Positions 47,258 through 57,979 are shown, counted from the first letter of the whole stretch. The stretch is 63,484 nt of DNA, filler included, from Thraustochytrium aureum (GCA_012862495.1; 6 parts of 5 records of this genome joined end to end with filler, not necessarily neighbours in it), one strand, 5' to 3'. Numbers and translations are program-made. The notes: a model not told the origin generated them from the letters alone.

Positions 47258-49877
47258 GACCGAAGTCTACCAAGGTAATACCCACAGAAGCAGAGTCAGA
47301 AACCATCTACAGGTTTGTCGCCATTATGTGTCCTCAGCTAGCGTGTTGTGCCGCTCCTCAGCAGCAACAGTTGTTCGTCGTGGCGGAGCGTTGGGCGGGC
47401 TCAAGCTTCAATGCCCCCCTAGCCTTGCTGTACCGAGTACATTGCGCTCGACTCGAGTGGCTTTGAGCTCAGTTCTCGAGGAGTTAGGAGAGATTGGTGT
47501 CCGGGGAACGATGTGCGCTGCCCAACGTACTCTAATGCATTCACAACAGACGGACAATTCGTGTCAACGTCGCAAGGCCGCTATTCGTCAGGCTCGTTGC
47601 CAATTTGAGAGGCTTGTGGAGAGGCCGGTTCCGACGGGACTAGTCTGGGGGCTGCATGCAGCACGTGGCCTCCGTCAAGGACCTCCGTCGCGCGCAGAGA
47701 TATCCCGTCGCAGGCTGCCCTTTTTTCAAAAAGCAGAGCGACTTGCCCGACCTCGGCAGAGCGCCCGAAACAAGCGCGCTCACGAACGACCACTTGTGCG
47801 GAGTGAAGGCAGTGTGCTTCGGCAACCACTCCAGAAGCGCGCCGAGGCTGGCTGGTGTTCAAGGGTCGAGCCTGCTGCGAGCACTTGCAGCAATCGCGAA
47901 GAGGACGTTGAGGCGCCCGACGAGGTTGGCAAGGAGGTTCTCAGCGGGACAAGAAACTCTGCGGAGAAAACGGCGGGGCAGCGAACCCAGCAGAGATCCG
48001 CTCGGCCCAACGGAACTTGTCGCTGTCCCCAGAAGGCCATCCGCCATTGGTTGGTTCTTTTTTCGCAAGCCGGTCGGCTGGGCCGCCGCTCCGACTGCCG
48101 CTGGCCTGTCGGAACCCAAACGGCACCTGCCAGGCCCGTCACGGGCTCCTGCGGATGGGGCTCGAGCAGGAGGATCCTCCTTCCAGATCAATCAAGCGAT
48201 CCGCCCAGAGTCGACGCCCACCCACCGACCAATCTGGCGCAGCACGACACACAAAATGTGCGGCGACTGGCTTTTAGGAGCGGCAGAGAGGCACTCAAGG
48301 ACTCCGAGACGCTGCCCGACGGCGATTCGGCCCTCTCGCGGGGAATCCATCCACCATCCTAAGCGGACTCGGAGCGGAATGGCTCCTTGTGGCCACCACC
48401 CGGCGGAGCAGAATTCAGAACGCGAGCGCGTCGAGCTTTCTCCGTGACTGGCGGAAGCGGTGTGCGAGTATGCCAACATCGCCGACTCGGAGTCCACCAG
48501 CAAGCAGCAAGCTACTGCGCTGGCTGGCTGGCTCCTGCTGGCTTGGCTGCACATCACGCTCTTGCACACCTCGCCCGGCCTATAGACATCGTCGAAGTGG
48601 TCAAAAACCAGGTCAAACAAACCGCGTGAGCGGGGCGGGCGACACGTGTGGGTCGCGTCGGGCAGACAGCACAGGCTCGGGCAGACAGACAGCCCTGCAC
48701 ACCGGTGAGCGAACTGGCCGACCGCCGTCCGGCTGTCACGCGGTGAAGTAAAGCGGCCAGCGGCCAACGAATCAAAAACCGCAGGAGCCTGCCAGGCAGC
48801 CTGCGGAAGGCGTCCAAAAGCGAAACACCAACGGCAACCAAGCCCAGCCGCACCAAACAAAGAAAAACTGTAAACCATGATAAGCGCGACCGCTCCTAGC
48901 TAGAGTGCCCACCTCCTCCTCCTCCCACCTCCACAGCACAGTGCGTGGCGCGGAGGCGGACGGGAGAGGGAGAGAGAGAGAGANNNNNNNNNNNNNNNNN
49001 NNNNNNNNNNNNNNNNNNNNNNNNNNNNNNNNNNNNNNNNNNNNNNNNNNNNNNNNNNNNNNNNNNNNNNNNNNNNNNNNNNNNNNNNNNNNNNNNNNNN
49101 NNNNNNNNNNNNNNNNNNNNNNNNNNNNNNNNNNNNNNNNNNNNNNNNNNNNNNNNNNNNNNNNNNNNNNNNNNNNNNNNNNNNNNNNNNNNNNNNNNNN
49201 NNNNNNNNNNNNNNNNNNNNNNNNNNNNNNNNNNNNNNNNNNNNNNNNNNNNNNNNNNNNNNNNNNNNNNNNNNNNNNAGTCCAGCGCGCCTCCTGCGCC
49301 GTGAACGCATCTCGCGCTGCCCTCCCAAGGTTCGGTCGCCTGCCTCCGCACCCACGGTTTCCTCGCAAATAAACCTCGCTCCTCGCCGCCGAGGCCAACA
49401 ACAAAAAACCATAATTTGTTTTGTAAAAAAACCACAGAAAAACCGAAAGTTGCGTAGCAAAACGCCCAAGGACTTCTCTGTAGCCCAAAAGCAAAAAAAC
49501 CACCAAAAAACCACCCCTATCACCCGGAGTTTATTTTGGCGGTTTATTTCGGTGTTTTTTTCTGGTGGTTTTTTTCTTTTTTTCTGAACTGTTTTTTTTG
49601 ATTTGGTTTTATTTATTTTATTTCTACTGCGCGGAGGGAAGGAAGGAGGGAAGGAAGGAAGGAGAGGAGGAAGCGAGGAGGAGGAGAGGGAGGAGGAGGA
49701 AGGCACGTGGGTAATCGCGGCGCGCCTGCAGCAGCAGCAGCAGCAGCAGAGCAGCAATCGCCCGAGCGCGGCGAGGTGCAGGCGTGCAAGTACGCGCTTG
49801 CTTGCGTGCGTGCAGGCGAGCAGGCGGCGAGGANNNNNNNNNNNNNNNNNNNNNNNNNNNNNNNNNNNNNNNNNNNN

Positions 49878-49889
49878 TTAATTAATTAA
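49878..49889. other. Artificial scaffold linker TTAATTAATTAA
   Basis: Same linker inside an N spacer. Confidence 0.97.
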
Positions 49890-49934
49890 NNNNNNNNNNN
49901 NNNNNNNNNNNNNNNNNNNNNNNNNNNNNNNNNT

Positions 49935-50111
49935 TTATCTGGCGACTCGGTCTCGCTCTCGTCGGACGGCGAAACGGTCACGGTCGGGGCGGCGCTAAGA
50001 AACGGCAACACGGCAGGGACCAATGCGGGCCCCGTTCGCGTGTAGCGCTTCAACGCCGCCTCTAATGCCTGGACGAAAGTCGGCGCCGACATCAGCGGCG
50101 AGACCAAATGA
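49935..50111 (+). pseudogene. FG-GAP/integrin-alpha-like beta-propeller repeat fragment with an in-frame TAG
   Basis: Translates as LSGDSVSLSSDGETVTVGAALRNGNTAGTNAGPVRV*RFNAASNAWTKVGADISGETK*. The TAG at 50043 sits where the repeat normally has Tyr (VRVY). Confidence 0.7.
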
Positions 50112-50167
50112 AAATCATGACTGGAGCAAAATCGGCGTGGGTTTATTTCCCCCTTACGTTTCACTTG

Positions 50168-50917
50168 TCATGTCCGTTTTAGTTTGGCGAGCTCCAGGCG
50201 AGCACGTTCCATTGGCGTCACGCCTCCTGCGCCAACAAGGCCGTGGTGCTTGTTCGCGTGAGATAGGAGGATCTCGTGGGCGTGCGCTGGGTTGGCGGAC
50301 GCATAGAGCGCGAATGCTGTTTTAGGTCGGCGGCCTTGCCGCATTTCGTCAATTTGGCGTTGCTCTTCCGCACGGAGCGCCTTGGCGTCTTTCGGGACCC
50401 AGACCCCGTACACTTTGCGCCACTCATCGAACGAGGAGGCTTTGAGGTCGATGCCCTTGAGCCGCCGTCTGCCCACCTCGCTCGCCCTTCGTTCCTCCTG
50501 AGCTCCCTGGAGCGCGGCGGCCTGCTCCTCTTCAGGAGAGGGTCGCCGAGGCTGACTCGGCATGCTCTGAATACGCGCCTCAAGCTCGGCGATCTGCGAC
50601 TTGAGCTCGCGAACGATTTCCTTGGCATTGCCCTCGCGCTCGAGCGCAAACGCCTCGGATCGGGATGCGCGCTGCCTCTCCTCTTCCAGACGCTTGGTCT
50701 GCTTCTCAAGGGTGTCTACGACACTGGCCCGGACGGCGAGCTTTCCGTTCGCTGCCGCGAGCTGCTCCTTGAGCGCCTTGATGTGCTCAAGGTGCGTCCG
50801 CTCGCGCTCCATCGAGAACATGAGCGAGCGCTTGATTTTGTCGTATTGTCTCCTAAACTTGGTCATGGGGTCTTGCGTCTGCTCTGTAAGGTCCAAGAGC
50901 GCGTGAACGCTCGTCAT
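50168..50917 (-). CDS. Coiled-coil protein resembling the N-terminus of cilia/flagella protein CFAP58
   Basis: KFRRQYDKIKRSL..S.ERE...LEEERQRA...A.EREGNAKEIVRELKSQIAEL parallels the CFAP58 N-terminal pattern as I recall it; only about 249 aa. Confidence 0.55.
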   Translation of the reverse strand: MTSVHALLDLTEQTQDPMTKFRRQYDKIKRSLMFSMERERTHLEHIKALKEQLAAANGKLAVRASVVDTLEKQTKRLEEERQRASRSEAFALEREGNAKEIVRELKSQIAELEARIQSMPSQPRRPSPEEEQAAALQGAQEERRASEVGRRRLKGIDLKASSFDEWRKVYGVWVPKDAKALRAEEQRQIDEMRQGRRPKTAFALYASANPAHAHEILLSHANKHHGLVGAGGVTPMERARLELAKLKRT

Positions 50918-51507
50918 CCCGAGCCCCCCGCCTTCTTCGCGTCCACAAACGTGTGCGCCCTGCCGCGCCGTGTCGAGCGGTCGGCCTCCATCTGTCCGGT
51001 TGCCGGCCTGCGCCTCGCCGAAGACCACCAGGTACGTGGACCAAACGCGTAACCTGGTAATCTGCCTGCCTGCCTGCCTCGGCCTCGCCCACACCGCCGT
51101 AGGCCTCAAGGCGCGCGAGCCGCGCGAGTCTGCGAGCCAGATCGTCCGAGCAAATCGCGCGAGAGTGCTCGCAATTTTTGCTGGATGGATGCGGTAGATC
51201 CGTTATGAGGGCAACAACTCGTGAAGCGCCGGCGGAATCGACTCTGCAATTGGAGACGCAGAGTCCGTCCGAGAACGCTGGCAGAGCTTGGCCTGGCCCG
51301 CTGCGTGGAGCAGTTTCGTGGTGGTGATGGCTGGTTGGGTGGGCCACGCGCCATGTGCGGTCAAGTGGGATCACAAGGAAAGGTGGAGTTCTTGGCCATG
51401 CTTTTTCTTGCCTGCCCGTATGTAGCCAATAAAACGGGCTCGAGGACGCACTGTACGGGCGTTCATGGCTGGTACTGGCGTGCTGCGGTCCGCGCATCGG
51501 CCTGCGA

Positions 51508-52577
51508 TCAGTACTTGAGCTTTTCCGCGATCTTGTCCTTGAGGTTGTCCCACACCGTCGGCGCGTCGGTGGGCACAGCGTGGTGGGGCGTCGGCTTTGG
51601 CGCGTACGTCGGCGGGGCGTAATACGCCGTCGGATACGCATTGTAGTACTTTGGCGTCGGCTTGTGCGTTGGGCTGTGCGTGGGCTTCTCAGTGGGCTTG
51701 CGCGTGGGGTTGTGCGTGGGCTTGTAGCTGGGCCTGTTGGTGGGGCTGTGCGTGGGCTTCTTCGTGGGGCTGTGCGTGGGCTTGTGCGTGGGCCTCTTCG
51801 TGGGCGAGTATGTCGGCGAATGCGTTGGCTTCTTCGTGGGCGAGTGCGTCGGCGAGTGCGTCGGTTTCTTCGTGGGCGAGTGTGTCGGCTTGTGCGTCGG
51901 CTTCTTAGTAGGCGAGTGAGTCGGGAAGTGCGTCGGCAGGTCGGTCGGGCGGTGGGTCGGCGAGTGCGTTGGCTTGTACGTTGGGTATTCTGTTGGTTTG
52001 CGGGTTGGCTTTTCGGTCGGCTTGACGGTCGGCGCGTGCGTGGGCCTTTCGGTCGGCTTGTGTGTGGGCTCGTGCGTCGGCCGCTTTGTCGGGCTCTCCG
52101 TAGCCTTGTAGTCGTAGCGGTAGACGTACGTTGGGTGCTCCGCGGGTTTATACGTGGGCACGGCCGTCATCTTCGGCTGCACGCCCCAAGTTGGGCTCGA
52201 AGCCGGTTTGGAGGTCACCTGTTTCCACGTCGGTGGCAACGTAGTTGGCTTGGGGGTCCACGAGGGCAAGCCTTCGTCAACTTGGGTGTAAATGGGGTAC
52301 TCGGTGTGTTCAGGCTCGGTGGGGTACTCGGTGTGCTCAGGCTCGGTGGGGTACACGGTGTGCTTTGGCTCGGTGGGGTACTCGGTGTGCTTTGGCTCGC
52401 TGATCCACGGGGCAAGTTCCTTCTTCACGCACGTCTTGTGGACCTTTTCGAAGCCGTGCTCGCACTCGCAGTCTCTGAAACGGCACGGGTTCTTTTTTGT
52501 CGGCACAGAGTGCAAAGGGCAATGAAACTTGTTGCAGTTGCGTCGTCGTCGTCGGCGGCGGCGCTTTTTCTTTTCGC

Positions 52578-52610
<33 letters not shown>

Positions 52611-52859
52611 CGTCACCCGGGTCCTCGTATTTGCGCTTCCAGTCAGCTTTGTACGCCTTGAGCTCGTTGGAGCTCAGCACGCTCGCAAGCTTGGCGAGGT
52701 CGCGCTCCTCAGTAGCCCGTCCGCCTTGGTCGCCGACTCCGCTTCGGCTTCCAGCTTGTTCTCGAGGCTTGTCTGGATCGCGGCCTTGAGGTCCGACATG
52801 GAGCCCGCCGTGGTGGCGACAAGGCCCACCACAACGGCGCTTGCGAGCGCAAGCCTCAT
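51508..52859 (-). CDS. Secreted extensin/mucin-like protein: signal peptide, poly-D/poly-R, 6-Cys module, His/Lys/Tyr-rich PT repeats; frameshift near 52716
   Basis: MRLALASAVVVGLVATTAG; GDDDDDDDDDDDGEKKKRRRRRRRR; CNKFHCPLHSV...C.F.DCECEHGFEK....C; (EPKHTEYPT)n and (PTHS/PTKK/PTHK)n. Confidence 0.85.
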
Positions 52860-53528
52860 GCTGCCTGTTTCGCTTCCGGCTGCCTTCTCGAGTGTCTCCG
52901 ATGTCCTTGCCTGTTGCAGCTCTGCCTGCACGAAGCAGCAGCCAGCCTTCGCGATGGCTACTAAAATGCGTGGTGAAGGAGCTGCTGGAGCCCCACGATC
53001 CACGGCCCTCCTGAGCAGTGAAGAGCGAAAACAAAAACAAGCTCCAAATCAAGAACAGCACTGCAGTGAGGTCGTGGTTGAAGAGATCGTTGTTGCCAAA
53101 CAAATGGGTCGGCAACTCTGCGGCACAGTTGGTTGATGGCGAGGAGAATGGGCCAGTGAGTAGCGAGGTGCAACGCGCAACACCGCGTCACGCCCACCTC
53201 GCTCTGGGAGGTCGTCTGGCGACGGTCGCGCGTGCAGCTTTGTGAGCCCTAGCCCTTTACAAACTTTCGCTCAGCCAGCCCCAAGTCGTGTTGGGGTGAG
53301 TACTGTCGTTTTCGTAACGACTAGGCAGGGAGAAAACGAAGAGATGGGGCTCGAAAGGATTCAAGCAAGGCCTTCCTGCCCGGAGCGCCAGTGTTTTGAA
53401 CTTGTTGCGTGTGTCGTGTGAGGCGAGAGCGAGTCACGCGCCGCGACACACCATTTGCGAGGAGGATCCTCCTCGCCTTTCGCCTGGTCAATATCCGGAC
53501 GTGCGGCTTCGTGACGCCAGAAATACAA

Positions 53529-53593
53529 AGATAACCGGGAGAATAGCACTTGGTATCACATTACATGGGCCAATAATACTCCCCGGATTATCT
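53529..53593. other. Imperfect inverted repeat/hairpin in an AT-richer intergenic patch
   Basis: AGATAACCGGGAG...CTCCCCGGATTATCT with inner TTGG/CCAA pairing. Confidence 0.5.
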
Positions 53594-54089
53594 ACACAAG
53601 GTTTATGTAGACCCCCTCGTTGTCAGGCCTCGCAGGACTCCAAGCTGAACTGATGAGAGCGGCTCGTGCACCTTTGGTTCTCTTCGTTTTGGCGACGTGC
53701 GATGTTGCGTCTCAGGCTCCACGAGACGTCCGTCCGCCTTCTCTTTCTGCGCGAGTAAAAATGGTGAAGAGTCGCGGAGCCCTTCATCTGCGCAGAGAAT
53801 TGGAGCTGCTGCTCCTCCTTGGACAAGAGGACAGATCTTCTCTTCCAACTGCAGGAGAGCGACTTCGGAAGCGATGCCGAGCCAACGACAATCCAGAAGG
53901 TTTGGTAGGTACTACGAGTTGGTCGGTTGCACGAGTTGGTCGGTTGCTTTCTTTGCTTGTTCATGAAAGAGTTTGGTGTTTGGTGCGAGCGCCCGCAAAC
54001 CCCAATCGTCGTTGCGGAGACTAACAGAGAGCGCAAGGCAAGCGCGAAGTGTCGAAGACAAACAAAGTACGAGCGGCGAATTGAGCGAG

Positions 54090-54788
54090 ATGAGCAAGCT
54101 TTTCTTGATCGCAGTGGTCGCCACGCTGGCCGGCGCCGCGACCGCGAGCACCGCGACGCTTCGCGAGGCCATTCAAGTTCTGGGCAACCGCAACTGCGAC
54201 TTTCAGTGCCCCGAGTACAGCGTGCGCCGGCCGGACCGCAGGTGCTACAACAACTTTGACGACTGCCGCTGCGTGCGCGGGTACCGCAAGTATGGCAACC
54301 GCTGCGCGCCGGTCAAGGATCTCGACCTCGACGCTGTGGCCGTATGCGCGCTCACCGACGAGAAGGGCTGGCCTTCGGGCAAAGTGACCTTTTCGCAGGA
54401 GAAGGGGTTCGTCAAGGTCGAGGGTTTCACGACCAAGCTCACCCCTGGCGTGCACGGGTGGCACATCCACGCCGTTGGCAACCTCACCGACTACACTAAC
54501 CGCTGCGCCGCCACCGGGCCGCACTACAACCCGGACGGCGTCAACCACAGCCAGCACCGCGGGGACCTGGGCAACTTTGTCGTTGACAAGGCTGGCAACG
54601 CCAACTTCCATCAGAAGGAGAGAGGCTTCAAAGTCACCGAGATTTTTGGCCGCGCTGTCATTATCCACGGCGGAAAAGACGACCTCGGCCGGGGCGAGCC
54701 CCGGGCGTCGTCGCTGGAGAACGGCAACGCAGGCCCGCGCGTGCAGTGCTGCGTCCTGGGCCGAGTCGACATTCCCGGCCGAAGCTGA
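54090..54788 (+). CDS. Secreted Cu/Zn superoxide dismutase with N-terminal 6-Cys module
   Basis: Signal peptide MSKLFLIAVVATLAGA; PGVHGWHIH, C..TGPHYNP, H..HRGDLGN, GRAVIIH, DDLG, GNAGPR..C. Confidence 0.92.
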   Translation: MSKLFLIAVVATLAGAATASTATLREAIQVLGNRNCDFQCPEYSVRRPDRRCYNNFDDCRCVRGYRKYGNRCAPVKDLDLDAVAVCALTDEKGWPSGKVTFSQEKGFVKVEGFTTKLTPGVHGWHIHAVGNLTDYTNRCAATGPHYNPDGVNHSQHRGDLGNFVVDKAGNANFHQKERGFKVTEIFGRAVIIHGGKDDLGRGEPRASSLENGNAGPRVQCCVLGRVDIPGRS

Positions 54789-54922
54789 GCGAAGAGCAAT
54801 TAAATCTAACTTGGAGAATCAAAGGCCGTGGGCGAGGCGTTGCTAAAAGTCTGCCCCTGCGAGACGCATTGCGAGATCTCCACGCGCTAACGAGTCCGGC
54901 TTGAGAATGAGGTCGACTCGCG

Positions 54923-55841
54923 CTACGAGTCCGACTTTAAGCTTTGCAAGAGTTGCTCGCGCTGTTCTTTGCGTTGCTTCACCCAGTCCAGGTCGCGCTT
55001 CTCCTTGCGCGAGCGCGTGATCTTCATGCGGCGGTTGCCGCAGTACTTGCCGCGGTTTTCGCGCATCGCGCGCACCATCTCCATCGGGTCGCTAAAGCTC
55101 ACAAATCCAAACCCGCGGCACTCGTTGGTCCGCTTGTCCATGACGACCCTGGCCATATTGAAGGAGCCGTAGCCCGAGAAGGCCTGGGACAGGGTCGCGT
55201 GAGTGCACTCTGGTCCCAGTTGACCCACCCAGAGACGGAAATCGTTCTCTGGCCACTCGGCGAGCGTCGGGTCTTCCCACACTTTGCCGGCAGCGGTGCG
55301 AAGGTGCTTTGCTGGTCGCTGAGGCGGGCCTTGTGGGCCGATGATAAAAGCCTCCCCGCCCGCCGATTGCGCGGCTCGCTCCTGGTCGGCGATTTCTGCA
55401 GCGATTCGCGCGCGCGCGCTCGAGCTTGCGAGCGCCTCTTTGTCGGTTTCGTTGGTCGAGTTGGCCAGTCCAGCACCCACTCCGGCCGGAGAGCTGTCGT
55501 CCGGAGCTCGCGCGCCGCTAGTCGGCCTGCGCTTGTGCCCACTCGAGACGTTCTCCAGCACGTCGAGAAACTCTTTGCTCAGCGTCGGGTTGGCCGCAGC
55601 GACCGCCACGACGGCCCTCCGCTTCTTGGCTTTGGGCTCCCCGGACCCGTTGCAAACCTGCGCCTCTGCAGCGTCGCGTTTCCCGCCGCCCTCCTCCACG
55701 ACGCCTTCCTCGCCGTCCTCTAGCCCCGCGCGTCCTCCAGCGGCCCCGGGCACAGCGTCCAGGTCGCCGACATCCGCTTCAAGCGCTGCCAGTTCGCGAG
55801 AAAACTCCTCGTCGTCCTCGGTCGGCGCCGCCGCGGGCCAT
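54923..55841 (-). CDS. RBM42: RBM42-like RRM protein (spliceosomal); probable frameshift just after the ATG
   Basis: RTAAGKVWEDPTLAEWPENDFRLWVGQLG...ARVVMDKRT...GFGFVSF...AMRE..GKYCGNR is the RBM42 signature. Confidence 0.85.
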
Positions 55842-56059
55842 GGCCGGCGCCGCAGCAAAACCCCAAGCCAATCCAAAGCCAAACCAATCCAAAGCCGAAA
55901 AACCAAAGCCTGCCTGCCCGCAAGCTCCCACGCACGACTCGACAGGCTCCCCGTGCGCCTGCCGGGCGCCTGCCCTTGTCGGCTCTGCTTTCCTTTCGCG
56001 CAATGCGCCAAAGACGCCCAAAAGAAAAAGCTCCTTTCGTTCTGCGCGGCGGATGGGCA

Positions 56060-56428
56060 TCATAAACAGCGTATTTTAGCCCCCAGCAGACCTCATAAAG
56101 GGCGTATTTTATTTGATTTCTTGATTTGATTTCAAGAGAGCAGAACAAGGCGGCTGCTGCGAGGACCGCATAAAGGGCGTATTTGATTNNNNNNNNNNNN
56201 NNNNNNNNNNNNNNNNNNNNNNNNNNNNNNNNNNNNNNNNNNNNNNNNNNNNNNNNNNNNNNNNNNNNNNNNNNNNNNNNNNNNNNNNNNNNNNNNNNNN
56301 NNNNNNNNNNNNNNNNNNNNNNNNNNNNNNNNNNNNNNNNNNNNNNNNNNNNNNNNNNNNNNNNNNNNNNNNNNNNNNNNNAAACAAGACAGCTGCTGCG
56401 AGGACCGCATAAAGGGCGTATTTGATTG
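56060..56428. repeat. Repeat containing GCTGCTGCGAGGACCGCATAAAGGGCGTATTTGATT on both sides of a gap, with degenerate copies upstream
   Basis: Full copies at about 56153-56188 and 56393-56428; partial copies near 56060 and 56090. Confidence 0.8.
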
Positions 56429-56729
56429 AGCACGGCGTGTGTGAGACGCGTGACGTGACACGGCGTCGAGCAGTCAGACGAGGGCCCATGTCGCAGGCCG
56501 GCGCGCGGGACAGGAACGCGAGCAAGCAGACGAGGCGCGGCGAGGGAGGGAGGGGCTACAGGGACGGGGAGCTGGAGGCGCTGGCTGCCTGACCCGTGGC
56601 GTGGGCTTGGTTGGCTGCTCGGACGGACGAGCGTCTGCACGGACGCGGGGCTGGCTTTCTTGTTGGCGCGCGTGCGTGCTGCTGGGGCCGGCCCTGGTGC
56701 TGCGGCGAGTCGGTGGCTTGGCAGAGAGG

Positions 56730-57842
56730 ATGCACGGGTTCAAGCGGCGCAGCTCGCGGTCGACAAAGCTTGAGCATACGGGCAACTTTACGATTGACTC
56801 TGCGCTGGAGCGACACCAGCAGCTGGAAACGAGCGCAAAGAATGTTGCCGAGACGGTAAAGTCCTACATGACGCAGGTGCGAGAGGCCGCGAGCAGATCG
56901 AGCACGATGGCACTGGGGTTCCAAAGCTTCTTCATCGGGTCGCCAGCCGAGGAGCGCACGCGGGTGTTTGCCGAAGCCCACGACAAGGCGGACCGCGCCA
57001 TCCCGGACAAGCTTCTCGATGTCGCCAAGGTGCACATCCTGGAGCCTCTGGACGCGTACATGCAGCGACTGGGCGAGGTCCGGACAGAGATCGCGGCATT
57101 CACAACCAAGCAAAGCGACGTCGACCACTACACGAAAAAGGTGGCCAAGCTGGACGAGGAGAAACGCAAGCGCGAGAGCGAGGGCAAGGTGGAGAAGGCC
57201 AAACAGATCGAAAAGCACACGCGCAACCACAAAAAGCTCAACGAAGCCAAGGCGGCGCGCGACGAGCAGGCTGCTGCGCTCCTCAACAGGCTCAACTACA
57301 TGCACGAGACGCGCAACGAGACGATGGACCCCATCTTCACGCACGCTTTCCAGTTCCAGCAGGAGCTTTTTCGCCAGTCTGCCGACGCGCTCAGTGTCGA
57401 GCTGCCCCCTGCTTCGACGCAGTATGCAGCGAGCATCAACACGACTGCCCCGGTCGTGCCTGGCTCGACGCCTGGGTCCGCTGCGTCCATCTACCAATAC
57501 GACGCTGCGGGCAACCGCTTGCCGAGTCCATCGACGGCTGGCAGCACAGCGCCACAGACGGCCCAGGGGTACCCGCCTGCGGGACCTGACCCGCGATCGG
57601 CGGCGACCGCGCCTGCGCAGCACTATAGCAGCGCGGCGGCACGAGCCGCACCCCCAGCAGCACCCCATGCAGGCGCGCCAACCGCGACCTACGGCGCAGC
57701 ACCGACAACGAACGGGGCGACGGGGTTTAATGCGGGCAAGCCGGGCGCGGGGCCCCCGGCTGGGCTGCAGCCCGCGTCCTCGCCGGGCCAGCACAGCAAC
57801 GCGGGCGAGGACGAGCTGGTGAACAAGTGGTTTGCCGTCTGA
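56730..57842 (+). CDS. BAR-domain (amphiphysin-like) protein with Pro/Ala-rich tail
   Basis: Three-helix pattern ILEPLDAYM...K..DVDHYTKKVAKL...RNHKKLNEAK...LNRL...MDPIF...FQQELF. Confidence 0.75.
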   Translation: MHGFKRRSSRSTKLEHTGNFTIDSALERHQQLETSAKNVAETVKSYMTQVREAASRSSTMALGFQSFFIGSPAEERTRVFAEAHDKADRAIPDKLLDVAKVHILEPLDAYMQRLGEVRTEIAAFTTKQSDVDHYTKKVAKLDEEKRKRESEGKVEKAKQIEKHTRNHKKLNEAKAARDEQAAALLNRLNYMHETRNETMDPIFTHAFQFQQELFRQSADALSVELPPASTQYAASINTTAPVVPGSTPGSAASIYQYDAAGNRLPSPSTAGSTAPQTAQGYPPAGPDPRSAATAPAQHYSSAAARAAPPAAPHAGAPTATYGAAPTTNGATGFNAGKPGAGPPAGLQPASSPGQHSNAGEDELVNKWFAV

Positions 57843-57923
57843 GCGCGGCGGGGGCCGACTTGAGCAGTGTGGCAAGTAANNNNNNNNNNNNNNNNNNNNN
57901 NNNNNNNNNNNNNNNNNNNNNNN

Positions 57924-57935
57924 TTAATTAATTAA
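57924..57935. other. Artificial scaffold linker TTAATTAATTAA
   Basis: Same linker inside an N spacer. Confidence 0.97.
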
Positions 57936-57979
57936 NNNNNNNNNNNNNNNNNNNNNNNNNNNNNNNNNNNNNNNNNNNN

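Noticed and set aside
47300..48900. Overlapping 120-340 aa ORFs downstream of the TIR/HET-like pair as partner genes
   Set aside because: Arg/Ser/Pro-rich, no recognisable motifs and no coding-like codon pattern, so I cannot support them.
10766..57935. TTAATTAATTAA as a biological repeat or piggyBac TTAA target site
   Set aside because: It is always centred in a fixed-length N spacer and provides six-frame stops, so it is an assembly linker. Gene neighbourhoods across it are meaningless.
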